A stretch of 47,841 nucleotides of DNA from Anaerolineales bacterium (GTDB taxonomy: Bacteria > Chloroflexota > Anaerolineae > Anaerolineales > UBA4823), in assembly GCA_041551115.1 (NCBI GenBank), contig JBFENN010000002.1:1-47841 (forward strand), given 5' to 3'. The number at the start of each line of letters is the position of its first letter. Position 1 is the stretch's first letter. Shown piece by piece: positions 40,335 to 47,841 of this stretch. The notes beneath the pieces were generated by a model, which had not been told where the DNA came from, did not search any database, and was given only the letters and a program-made list of their open reading frames with translations. Position numbers and translations under genes: made by a program.

Positions 40335-42692
40335 ATGAAAACTGCACAGAAAGCGTTTGTTATCCTTGTTATCATAGCCCTTTCAATCCCCATGGCTCCA
40401 ATGCAGCGTGTTTTCAGCGCACCAGACCCGGTTGTCAGCCCCGGTGTGGACTCGGATGCCATGTTGGTTGGCGCCGTTAAATATCGTGCCTTTACGGAGG
40501 GCACACCCACCACGACTACTGGTGTTTATTTAGGTATCCCGAACCTCAATAATAAACATTATCGATCCGAATTGGACTTGCAGTGGACCAACCAGAATGC
40601 AATCACGTTTACATACGATGTCGCCAGTGACTGGTTGACTGCCGAGGTCACCAATGCGAATGGGTCCTGGGCAACAATATACAACAATTTCTCAGCGAAC
40701 GTTACCAGCCGTGTATTCGGAGGCGATACTTCCACTGCAAACAATGTACTCGGTGGTTTGAATTACCTGGAGATCATCATTCAGCTGAGAAAAGACCAGC
40801 CAACTCTACTATCGCTGCATGATGTACACCTAATCGATGAACACTCCGACGATTACTCATTAGGCAATTTCATCGGTGACAAAAATGCAGATGCAAGTGA
40901 ATGGATGGTCACCGGGCACGACATATCAGGTGGTTTTGTCCTCACCGCTGACCTGCACTCGACAAATGTGATCGGTCCAGATGACCTAAACAATATCATG
41001 ATTAGCTTTGGCTACCAAGATCTTTACGGTCCAGTGACTTCTAATGTCGTCACATCTGCTAATCCCGTGGTAGTTAGCACAAGCATGACAGTAACTGCTA
41101 CAGTAGACGATACGACTACCGGTGGTTTGCCAATCCTGTCTGCAGAATACAGTCTCGATGGCGGTTTCACCTGGGGAGCAATGAATGCGGTTGATGGCTT
41201 ATTTGATGGAGTCAGTGAAGATGTCACTGTGACCAGACTGGCTCCAAGTAACACTGGCACATATGATCTCTGTGTCCGGGGAACGGATTCCGCCAACAAT
41301 ATTGGAGAAATGTCCTGTATATATCTATATGTCCTGCCTGTCTTCGATGATCAAGGACCGCTTGCCGAGAATGTAGATATAGATTCAAACCCGATAGTTC
41401 TCAGCAGCGTGATGACCATCACAGCTACGATTGATGACTCCACGACTGGCGGGTCACCAATCCAGTCATCTGAATTCTCTATGAACGGAGGCGCGACATG
41501 GAGCCCGATGGGCGCCGATGATGGCTCTTACGGTGATGTTACGCAAGATGTTATAGCATCTTCAACCTCACCGGATACGCCCGGCAACTATCAGCTCTGC
41601 GTCCGGGGTACCGATATGAGCGGTAATACTGGTGAAATGGAGTGCGTTACACTCTTCGTCACCCCAGCTGGCGATGTGACAGGTCCACTATCTGACCAGG
41701 TAATCGCATCCCCAAATCCTGTGGCTGTCGACACAAGCATGAATGTCACTGCTGCAGTGGACGACACAACCACCGGCGGATCACAAATCGCATTCGCCGA
41801 GTTCTCCCTGGATGGGGGCAGCACTTGGATTGACATGCAGGCAGTCGATGGCGCTTTTGACGAGGTAGCTGAAGATGTAACCGTATCTTCAACCTCACCC
41901 GATACGCCCGGCAACTATCAGCTCTGCGTCCGGGGTACCGATATGAGCGGAAATACTGGCGGTATGGCTTGCGTTACCCTCTTCGTTACCCCAGCTGGCG
42001 ATGTGACAGGTCCATTATCTGACCAGGTGAGCGCATCCCCAAATCCTGTGCTTGAGAGTGGGGCGCTGACTGTTTCTGCAAGCGTAGACGACATGACCAC
42101 CGGCGGATCACAAATCGCATCTGCCGAGGTCTCCCTGGATGGGGGCAGCACTTGGGCTGACATGCAGGCAGTCGATGGCGCTTTTGACGAAGTGACTGAA
42201 GATGTAACAGTATCCACGACCGCACCAGACATGAACGGCAATTACCTATTGTGCATCCGTGGTACCGATATGAGCGGTAATACTGGTGAAATGAAGTGCG
42301 TTACACTAGCAGTACATGCCGAAGACAATGAAGGACCATTAGTGAGTGACCTCGCTGCACTGCCAAATCCGGTAATAATCGATCACGTGTTCGAAGTCAG
42401 TGCGCTGATCGATGAGAGCACTACCGGCGGCGCTGATATCGCGGGTGCAGAATACAAATTTGACACGGGGCCTTGGGTAGCTATGGATGCGCAGGATGGC
42501 GATTTTAATGAAGTTTCTGAAGTTGCCATCGCGTCACACAATGCTCCCAACACACCGGGTGAGTACACCTTGTGTGTGCGCGGGAGTGATTCCTTTGGGA
42601 ACACCGGTAGTGCGGAATGTATTACCGTAACTGCTTATATTCCCAAGTTGTACTTACCTATCGTCGTGGTTGCTACAAGTGCTAGTGAGTGA
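40335..42692 (+). CDS. Secreted repeat protein with a ~200-aa unique N-terminal domain plus 5 x ~109-aa repeats of the same family
   Basis: AGGAG RBS and signal peptide MKTAQKAFVILVIIALSIPMAPMQRVFSAPD. The repeats start at D229 (nt 41019) with a period of 327 bp through ~42650. They share the consensus of 38594-40156. Confidence 0.8.
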   Translation: MKTAQKAFVILVIIALSIPMAPMQRVFSAPDPVVSPGVDSDAMLVGAVKYRAFTEGTPTTTTGVYLGIPNLNNKHYRSELDLQWTNQNAITFTYDVASDWLTAEVTNANGSWATIYNNFSANVTSRVFGGDTSTANNVLGGLNYLEIIIQLRKDQPTLLSLHDVHLIDEHSDDYSLGNFIGDKNADASEWMVTGHDISGGFVLTADLHSTNVIGPDDLNNIMISFGYQDLYGPVTSNVVTSANPVVVSTSMTVTATVDDTTTGGLPILSAEYSLDGGFTWGAMNAVDGLFDGVSEDVTVTRLAPSNTGTYDLCVRGTDSANNIGEMSCIYLYVLPVFDDQGPLAENVDIDSNPIVLSSVMTITATIDDSTTGGSPIQSSEFSMNGGATWSPMGADDGSYGDVTQDVIASSTSPDTPGNYQLCVRGTDMSGNTGEMECVTLFVTPAGDVTGPLSDQVIASPNPVAVDTSMNVTAAVDDTTTGGSQIAFAEFSLDGGSTWIDMQAVDGAFDEVAEDVTVSSTSPDTPGNYQLCVRGTDMSGNTGGMACVTLFVTPAGDVTGPLSDQVSASPNPVLESGALTVSASVDDMTTGGSQIASAEVSLDGGSTWADMQAVDGAFDEVTEDVTVSTTAPDMNGNYLLCIRGTDMSGNTGEMKCVTLAVHAEDNEGPLVSDLAALPNPVIIDHVFEVSALIDESTTGGADIAGAEYKFDTGPWVAMDAQDGDFNEVSEVAIASHNAPNTPGEYTLCVRGSDSFGNTGSAECITVTAYIPKLYLPIVVVATSASE
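41559..42212 (+). repeat. Two near-identical 327-bp tandem units inside the repeat-protein gene
   Basis: The unit at 41559-41885 matches 41886-42212 with long identical runs, for example gatacgcccggcaactatcagctctgcgtccggggtaccgatatgagcgg and ccagctggcgatgtgacaggtcca. The mirrored antisense ORFs 41591-41914 and 41918-42241 in the track confirm the period. Confidence 0.9.
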
Positions 42693-42797
42693 GGTGAGAT
42701 ATGCTCGGGAGCATACATATCTTTAGTACTCCCTATACAGAAGGAATCCGGATATTTCACTAGACATGGTTCCATAAATACGTGAGTTATCCATAAT

Positions 42798-42825
42798 AAA
42801 GACGAGCCCGTTGGGGCTCGTCTTT
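42798..42825. terminator. Bidirectional hairpin terminator between convergent genes
   Basis: AAAGACGAGCCC (42798-42809), loop GTTG, GGGCTCGTCTTT (42814-42825). A- and T-runs flank the stem on both sides. Confidence 0.7.
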
Positions 42826-42860
42826 AGATGACATCCAACAATATAGAATGTTCAGGGGAA

Positions 42861-43106
42861 TTACGCTTCAAAAACGGTTTGTGGGAGCATATCTTCAAGG
42901 ATGATTTCCAAAGCCATTGTATGGCTGCACCGTGCCCGGGTTTGGAAAAAATCGCAATCACAACGCCAGATACCATTGTCTATTTCGACTGTATGCGGGT
43001 TATTTTCCCCAGCAAATGTCACCCGTAATTGTTCAAAGGTAATCCGGTCTTTTTGCTCCGCATACCGTTTAGCCTTATCAATCTTTCCGATCATCCCATA
43101 ATCCAT
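42861..43106 (-). CDS. Small SWIM zinc-finger protein
   Basis: 81 aa. WRCDCDFFQTRARCSHTMAL fits the CxCx(n)CxH SWIM signature. An AAGGAG RBS lies about 10 nt upstream. Confidence 0.7.
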   Translation of the reverse strand: MDYGMIGKIDKAKRYAEQKDRITFEQLRVTFAGENNPHTVEIDNGIWRCDCDFFQTRARCSHTMALEIILEDMLPQTVFEA

Positions 43107-43143
43107 CTGTCATAATCTCCTTTCGTTTAAGATAAGTAATAAA

Positions 43144-43170
43144 CAGGCACGCGTTCAGTACGCGTGCCTG
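43144..43170 (-). terminator. Hairpin in the AT-rich spacer, possibly a minus-strand terminator
   Basis: CAGGCACGCG (43144-43153), 7-nt loop, CGCGTGCCTG (43161-43170). On the minus strand it is followed by TTTATTACTT. Confidence 0.4.
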
Positions 43171-43851
43171 CTAGAGCAAAGAAGATGTTCATTTGAAGGA
43201 ACTACTCTCATAACGGGAATCCTCCAATCAATTTCAGTATAAGCCGAGTCATATTGAATGTCAACGAAATCTTATAATTTGTTAGCGCAAAGTAGTAGAG
43301 TCCTAATTGTGCAAAGTTAATTTATCCAGTTATGAAGACTAACTCCAAGAGAGGCCAGAAACGAATTGGACGTACTTATAACTGTAAGCAGAAAAAGAAT
43401 CAAACTGCTCTGAAGTCATGCTGCTATGCGTGATCTATCAAACATAGTAGGATCATTGACATTCCTATCATACCCATTCCCATGTCCCAAATCAAAAATC
43501 TACACTTCCCCACCTAGAACACTTCCCAAAAACCAATTAATATGGTACAATTGTTCTAATAATTAATGTTATCATACCCACCTGTTCCCTTCTCCGCAGC
43601 GAATCATCGATCCACGCACTAGAAAAAATTTATTACTCAAAAATCAACCTGGACCTTACTATATTGCTCCTGCCTTATGCTGACTATTAACATGGATATT
43701 TGCAGAACATCGCTACCTCCTCACAGACACTACTTCTGCTATGGTGGGGAGTTTCTGCAATGGGACATCACTACTTTGCATTGACACAAAATCTAATTAT
43801 GGTCTACGGAACTTTAGATATTGCTGGATGCTGCAATGCCACACAGATGAT

Positions 43852-44862
43852 TTATTTGAATTTGAGTTCCATCCAAATCAATGTCTGTCGTTCGGTAAAG
43901 CCTGCATTGTGAATGGCTTTGGCAGCTTTCCCAGCGGGGAAATCCAATGTCAGCGGGCGGGAGAATGCGGAATGCTGACAAACATGCTGCAGGAGCTTTG
44001 TCAATGCTCCTGCTCCACTATCAACATCTGTGGCCAACCACAAGTGATCGGCGTAGTTGTAGGCGGATTGCCATGTCAGCACTCCTAGTAACCTCTGCTC
44101 ACGGTAAACCGACCAGTGCTGGACATGAATGTCCTTAAAAAACCGGTTGATAAATCCACTGATACCCGGACGGAAGGAGTGCGGTGAAATGGACACATGC
44201 CATCGTAGCTCTCTTGGGTAATTTATGTCCAACCATCGTTTTTGCATTGGCCATTCTGTAGAACGACGGCGCTGGACACGTGCACCTGGCAGAGAGAATT
44301 CCTGCAGTTGGTCGGGATCTAAATCTAATGAAATTGGATGGTCATGCTGATAATACCAATTGGTCCGTCGAGCACGCTCCGAGAAGCCAGCCTGGGTATA
44401 CATCGTAATTGCCCCGTCATTATCCTCGCGAACGTGCAGCCATACAGCGCGGGCACCACGCAAGCGAGCGTAATCTAGAGCCCGTGTAGTCATCTGCCGA
44501 GCAATCCCTCGCCTGCGGTAGTCTGGGTGAACTGCGACATTGGCAATAAGGTAATAACGATAATTCGGCGAGAAAAATGGGATCAACGTTAGATTGCCGA
44601 TTACTTTGCCATCTTGCTCCCACACGTATCCAGAGAGAGGCAGGGATGTCCCCCCAGCAATTGCTCGTGTCCATCGCAGGTAGCCCGGATCACGAGCCGC
44701 TGCCCGCATCTGCTGCAGATAGCGGTGACCATCCGGATCTAAAGTGTCTGCAAAACACAATTCAACCAGGTCTGCTACCGTGCGCAGATCGCGTTGCGTA
44801 TCGAACGGACGCAGATTTTCGGAGGGCTTAATATTTACCGTAAGATCAGAAATTGCAGTCAT
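43852..44862 (-). CDS. GNAT-family N-acetyltransferase (two-lobed, 336 aa)
   Basis: Acetyl-CoA motif A context VAVHPDYRRRGIARQMTTRALDYARLRGARAVWLHVREDNDGAITMYTQAGF. The C-terminal half looks like a second, degenerate GNAT-like lobe. Confidence 0.8.
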   Translation of the reverse strand: MTAISDLTVNIKPSENLRPFDTQRDLRTVADLVELCFADTLDPDGHRYLQQMRAAARDPGYLRWTRAIAGGTSLPLSGYVWEQDGKVIGNLTLIPFFSPNYRYYLIANVAVHPDYRRRGIARQMTTRALDYARLRGARAVWLHVREDNDGAITMYTQAGFSERARRTNWYYQHDHPISLDLDPDQLQEFSLPGARVQRRRSTEWPMQKRWLDINYPRELRWHVSISPHSFRPGISGFINRFFKDIHVQHWSVYREQRLLGVLTWQSAYNYADHLWLATDVDSGAGALTKLLQHVCQHSAFSRPLTLDFPAGKAAKAIHNAGFTERQTLIWMELKFK

Positions 44863-45087
44863 CAGACATGAGTCGCTTGCAAGAATATATCGCCCATTTT
44901 ACCCCACTACATAACGACGCCAGATTAGGGTAACAAAACTGCAAATCTGTCATCCTTTGTTTCAGAGAGGCATTACACAGCCACTTGTCGGTGGTGGGAA
45001 CCGGAAGTACAATATTCAAAACATATGTTCGTTTAATTTGAACTAAGAACAGCAGTTTACTGCACATCGAAGAAATGAGAATGCTTT

Positions 45088-46293
45088 ATGACCATTGATT
45101 TCCAACAGGTTCGCGAACAGGTGATCTTGTTCGGGGCAGAAGCCCCGCATCGAGAAAAAGAACAGCGGGACCGCTTCCAACAGGCGCTGGCACATGTTGA
45201 AACCTATGCTGCGGATGCTGAAGAGCTTTGTGAGAAAGTCAGACTCACCGTTGAGCAGTTTGAGCCCAGCCTGCGTACAGCGCGACCAGTTTGCACACCA
45301 AGTATCTTACCCACGCCTCTGGATGCTCGTTATGAATTGCCAGCCGCTCCTGTAGGGGTGACAATCCTGGCTGCCGACGGTTCCCAAATCAATTACGATC
45401 GCCATGCGCCTGTCGAATATGGGCTGATCAATATCGGTGCAATCCAAATAGTGAAGAACCTTGCTGAGAGTCCTAGGGTTGTCACCCAGAGCCAGCTGCT
45501 TTACGGTGACGAGATCGAACTTCACGGAAGTAAAATGACCGAAGCCCGGCTCGCCTTACGACGCGATATATGCGAACGCAGGATGCTTTCGGTTCTAGCT
45601 GCCGAAGCAAGTCCACCGGTGATCACATTAACCGATGGATCGATGGAACTGTGGGCAACGTTCGAACAAACCGGAGAAGCTCGTTCGGAATTTCAAGCCA
45701 GCCTGCAGGAATATATTACGGTCCTCGATGAACTCGCTAACCAACACGCAATTACCGCCGGCTACGTGGACAAACCTGGTGGTGCACTGGTTATAAGACT
45801 CCTGGAGATAGCTTGTGCCTCACAACTTCAACTCACATATATCAAGGATTACCATCCGCTAAAAGGTATCACCGACCGTTCACTTTTCGAAGCATTGCTC
45901 CGTCCCGGAGACCGCTCAGCGATATTTGCTCTCCAGTCACGTAGTAGCGCCAGCTATAAGGATAAACACGCCTTACATTTCTTCTATATCAATACCGGCT
46001 GGGAGAACCGGCCTGTGATCGCGCGTGTCGATATCCCCGCCTGGGTAGCTGAGGATAATAGCAGCGTCAACACACTCCATGCAGAATTAGTAAACCAATG
46101 CAGAGCAATGGGCAGCCAACCGTATCCTTACATATTGCATCGGGCTCATGAGGCCGCTCTAGTGACACTCGAGGAACGTCAAAAAGTTACTGATATGATG
46201 GTGTTGGAGCTCGGTCGGCACGGCATCCAGGCTGGACAAATTTCCAGCAAGCAGGCAGTCAAGGACCTAGGAGGTCGAAAAAGACATCGATGA
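45088..46293 (+). CDS. nurA: NurA-domain nuclease
   Basis: 401 aa. VTILAADGSQINYDRHAPVEYGLINIGAIQI carries the NurA DGS catalytic motif, and a second block ITLTDGSMELW follows. The size and layout fit PF09376 proteins. Confidence 0.7.
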   Translation: MTIDFQQVREQVILFGAEAPHREKEQRDRFQQALAHVETYAADAEELCEKVRLTVEQFEPSLRTARPVCTPSILPTPLDARYELPAAPVGVTILAADGSQINYDRHAPVEYGLINIGAIQIVKNLAESPRVVTQSQLLYGDEIELHGSKMTEARLALRRDICERRMLSVLAAEASPPVITLTDGSMELWATFEQTGEARSEFQASLQEYITVLDELANQHAITAGYVDKPGGALVIRLLEIACASQLQLTYIKDYHPLKGITDRSLFEALLRPGDRSAIFALQSRSSASYKDKHALHFFYINTGWENRPVIARVDIPAWVAEDNSSVNTLHAELVNQCRAMGSQPYPYILHRAHEAALVTLEERQKVTDMMVLELGRHGIQAGQISSKQAVKDLGGRKRHR

Positions 46294-46892
46294 AGAACCG
46301 GTTAGCAATTGGGTACCTGCTGAGAGCTTCGATATCAAGCTTTGTAGCGGGCTGCCAGGTTACCAATATTGATCTGCCGAGATTTGGCGCGTTGGTGCGA
46401 GTTCCACTGGACAGTGAACACCAAACTTATGGACTCATCTACGATATACATATTGATGATGACGGATTGGTCCGCCAGCTGGCAACTGCAGATACTATCA
46501 GCGAGGACATCGTAGCAGACAACCGATTGCACCGCAATGTGCCGTTGGAGATCAGCTTGTTAGCGGTCGGATTTCGCCATGACGATCAGATATCTCATTT
46601 ATCCCCCCCTCGCCCTCCGCTTAGTTTGGACATGATCTATCTATGTGGGGACCAAGAGATTTGTGATTTCACAACTGCTGGGCAATTTGGGTATTTTCGC
46701 CACATCCTTCGAGCTACCGACACAGCTTATGAAGAGCTGTTAGCCGCTCATCTCAAGCAAGCTCAACTGGCGCATAAAAGTATTGGCGATCTCGATTGGA
46801 TCAATCAAGCAACCCAGGAATTGATCATCTTGCTGCGCGACGATTATTCAACATTGATGAACGTTCTTGCTGCCATCAGGGATATTGAGTAA
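46290..46892 (+). CDS. Hypothetical 200-aa protein with an N-terminal half resembling a stand-alone HAS barrel (HerA N-domain paralog)
   Basis: ATGA overlap with nurA. AIGYLLRASISSFVAGCQV...RFGALVRVPLDSEHQTYGLIYDIHI...PLEISLLAVGF...PPRPPLSLDMIYLCGDQEICDF aligns by eye with the HerA N-terminus at 47337 (EIGYVVGGGL...EGSFVVIESGDWLYYGLVTDLRL...TIEVLPALML...PPHHASVRIAGAHDIAGIF). Confidence 0.5.
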   Translation: MKNRLAIGYLLRASISSFVAGCQVTNIDLPRFGALVRVPLDSEHQTYGLIYDIHIDDDGLVRQLATADTISEDIVADNRLHRNVPLEISLLAVGFRHDDQISHLSPPRPPLSLDMIYLCGDQEICDFTTAGQFGYFRHILRATDTAYEELLAAHLKQAQLAHKSIGDLDWINQATQELIILLRDDYSTLMNVLAAIRDIE

Positions 46893-47336
46893 ATCAAACA
46901 CAGAGGGAAAAATCATAAAGGAAGAGATGGTAGAACAACAGTAGAAATAGTGGTAAATAACCCTTGGGTTGTTGTCCAGGTTTAAAAGACATGGGGCTAG
47001 ACCTTATCATATAAGCAGATGAGTAATGCCCGTGTAAAAATAACATGAACTTTGTATTGAGGCGAAAACGCAGGTAAATTTACCCATTATTTAAAAATAT
47101 TTGATTTGGGATCAGATTTGAATAAATTATGAAAGTTTCCGTCAAATTAATGTTGGTTGTGGATATGATATCCACGCCTTATGAAGCTCAATGAATGACT
47201 CATAAATTAGTCGAAATTGAAGCAGATACTTTGAAAAATTCTTTTGATGTCACCACAAGGAAGATTTCAAATGCATGATCTTTTGAAAACATTTCGTAGA
47301 CTTCGTGCCCTTTAATGGAGAGGATAAGGAAGCAGA

Positions 47337-47841
47337 ATGAGTACTGATACAAAAGAGATCGGATACGTAGTTGGAGGCGGGCTCAGGGAAAACCTGACCG
47401 TGCGGCTAACTGTACCAGCACAGCAAGTACAAGAGGGCAGTTTTGTGGTTATCGAGAGTGGAGATTGGCTTTACTATGGTTTGGTCACGGATCTGCGCTT
47501 AGGAGCTACGGATATACGCTTCACCGATGAACAGAGCAACACCCGTTTACCACCCGAACTCTCCAAACTACTGCACGGCAACACCTTGTACACAACCATC
47601 GAAGTGCTGCCTGCCCTGATGCTTGAGCGCGGACCCGAACTAGATTCTCCTGATTATCCCGACTGGAGGCAAGCGATAGATAACGGTCTGAAGGAGGAGC
47701 CAAGGCCTTTACCCGTCAACACCATCCCCCCTCACCACGCAAGCGTTCGCATTGCAGGTGCTCATGACATTGCCGGAATATTTGGTGATGTAGAAAAGAA
47801 GTCCAATTTCGTGATTGGTTACACGCGGGAACAAGAGCACC
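47337..47841 (+). CDS. herA: HerA-like (FtsK-HerA superfamily) ATPase. Only the N-terminal 168 codons are present because the gene runs off the right edge.
   Basis: Own translation from the ATG at 47337, which has a GGAGAGGATAAGGA RBS region: MSTDTKEIGYVVGGGLRENLTVRLTVPAQQVQEGSFVVIESGDWLYYGLVTDLRLG...NFVIGYTREQEH. This is a HAS-barrel pattern preceding the expected P-loop, and NurA is a neighbour. Confidence 0.6.
   Translation, partial: MSTDTKEIGYVVGGGLRENLTVRLTVPAQQVQEGSFVVIESGDWLYYGLVTDLRLGATDIRFTDEQSNTRLPPELSKLLHGNTLYTTIEVLPALMLERGPELDSPDYPDWRQAIDNGLKEEPRPLPVNTIPPHHASVRIAGAHDIAGIFGDVEKKSNFVIGYTREQEH

Noticed and set aside
41591-42241. Two nearly identical 107-aa minus-strand ORFs
   Set aside because: They are the antisense image of the 327-bp tandem repeat in the plus-strand repeat-protein gene. 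They are useful only as confirmation of the repeat period.
41019-42650. Diversity-generating retroelement (template/variable repeat) explanation for the near-identical repeats
   Set aside because: No reverse transcriptase or accessory gene is in the window. The differences between the two units are not restricted to adenine positions.
43333-43434. 33-codon highly basic plus-strand ORF (MKTNSKRGQKRIGRTYNCKQKKNQTALKSCCYA) in the AT-rich spacer
   Set aside because: It has no RBS. The AT-rich context generates Lys/Asn-rich ORFs by chance. It cannot be supported without conservation or Ribo-seq data.
45088-47841. Confident assignment of the NurA/HerA cluster as an anti-phage defence system
   Set aside because: HerA-NurA pairs also function in DNA end resection. 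No Sir2, DUF4297, TIR or other effector is visible, and the locus is truncated by the window end. It is kept as an open alternative in the findings rather than a call.
1-47841. Search for tRNA, rRNA, CRISPR arrays, IS elements, integrases and riboswitches
   Set aside because: I found no cloverleaf-like T-arm (GGTTCGAATCC-type) motifs, no regularly spaced direct repeats outside coding repeats, and no transposase or integrase-like ORFs. No leader resembled a riboswitch I can recognise by eye. Absence is by inspection only.

Overview
This is a 47.8 kb bacterial chromosomal window of mid-range GC with frequent GGAGG-type ribosome-binding sites. The gene content looks like a Chloroflexota/Anaerolineae-type saprophyte, but that is inference only. 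I recognised no rRNA, tRNA, CRISPR array, transposase or integrase.

(1) 1-21.5 kb is a carbohydrate or cyclitol catabolic island controlled by a GntR(FCD) regulator. The minus-strand operon holds an iolB fragment at the edge, a Hyi-like enzyme, three more xylose-isomerase-like TIM-barrel enzymes and a CUT2-type sugar ABC transporter. The divergent plus-strand operon holds an XdhC-like protein, an SDR, a DapA-family aldolase, a Tdh-like Zn-dehydrogenase, an ALDH, a 2-hydroxyacid dehydrogenase, a fifth TIM barrel and an unusually long transketolase-like enzyme. After a clean terminator comes an AraM/G1PDH-like dehydrogenase. TGTAA-N4-TTACA palindromes, one directly behind a perfect TTGACA-17-TATAAT promoter, look like the GntR operators.

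(2) 21.7-27 kb holds an 889-aa three-domain fusion (holin-IV-like 4TM, alkaline-phosphatase/NPP core, Yip1), a decayed multi-frameshift gene, and an MFS transporter with a SHOCT-like cytoplasmic tail.

(3) 27.2-35.4 kb is the most interesting part. A PadR-headed operon encodes three polytopic membrane proteins and an exosortase-EpsI fusion. The exosortase is translationally coupled to a 962-aa polytopic VIT-vWA protein that ends in a textbook PEP-CTERM signal. No polysaccharide genes are present.

(4) 35.4-42.7 kb holds a DUF4380-like gene, a chimeric remnant (glycyl-radical activase 5' end joined to a DegT aminotransferase 3' end), galactokinase, and two secreted proteins built from nine ~109-aa two-Cys repeats. 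Two of those repeats are near-identical at the DNA level.

(5) 42.8-47.8 kb holds a small SWIM protein, AT-rich spacers, a GNAT, and a NurA / stand-alone HAS-barrel-like / HerA cluster that the window end cuts off.
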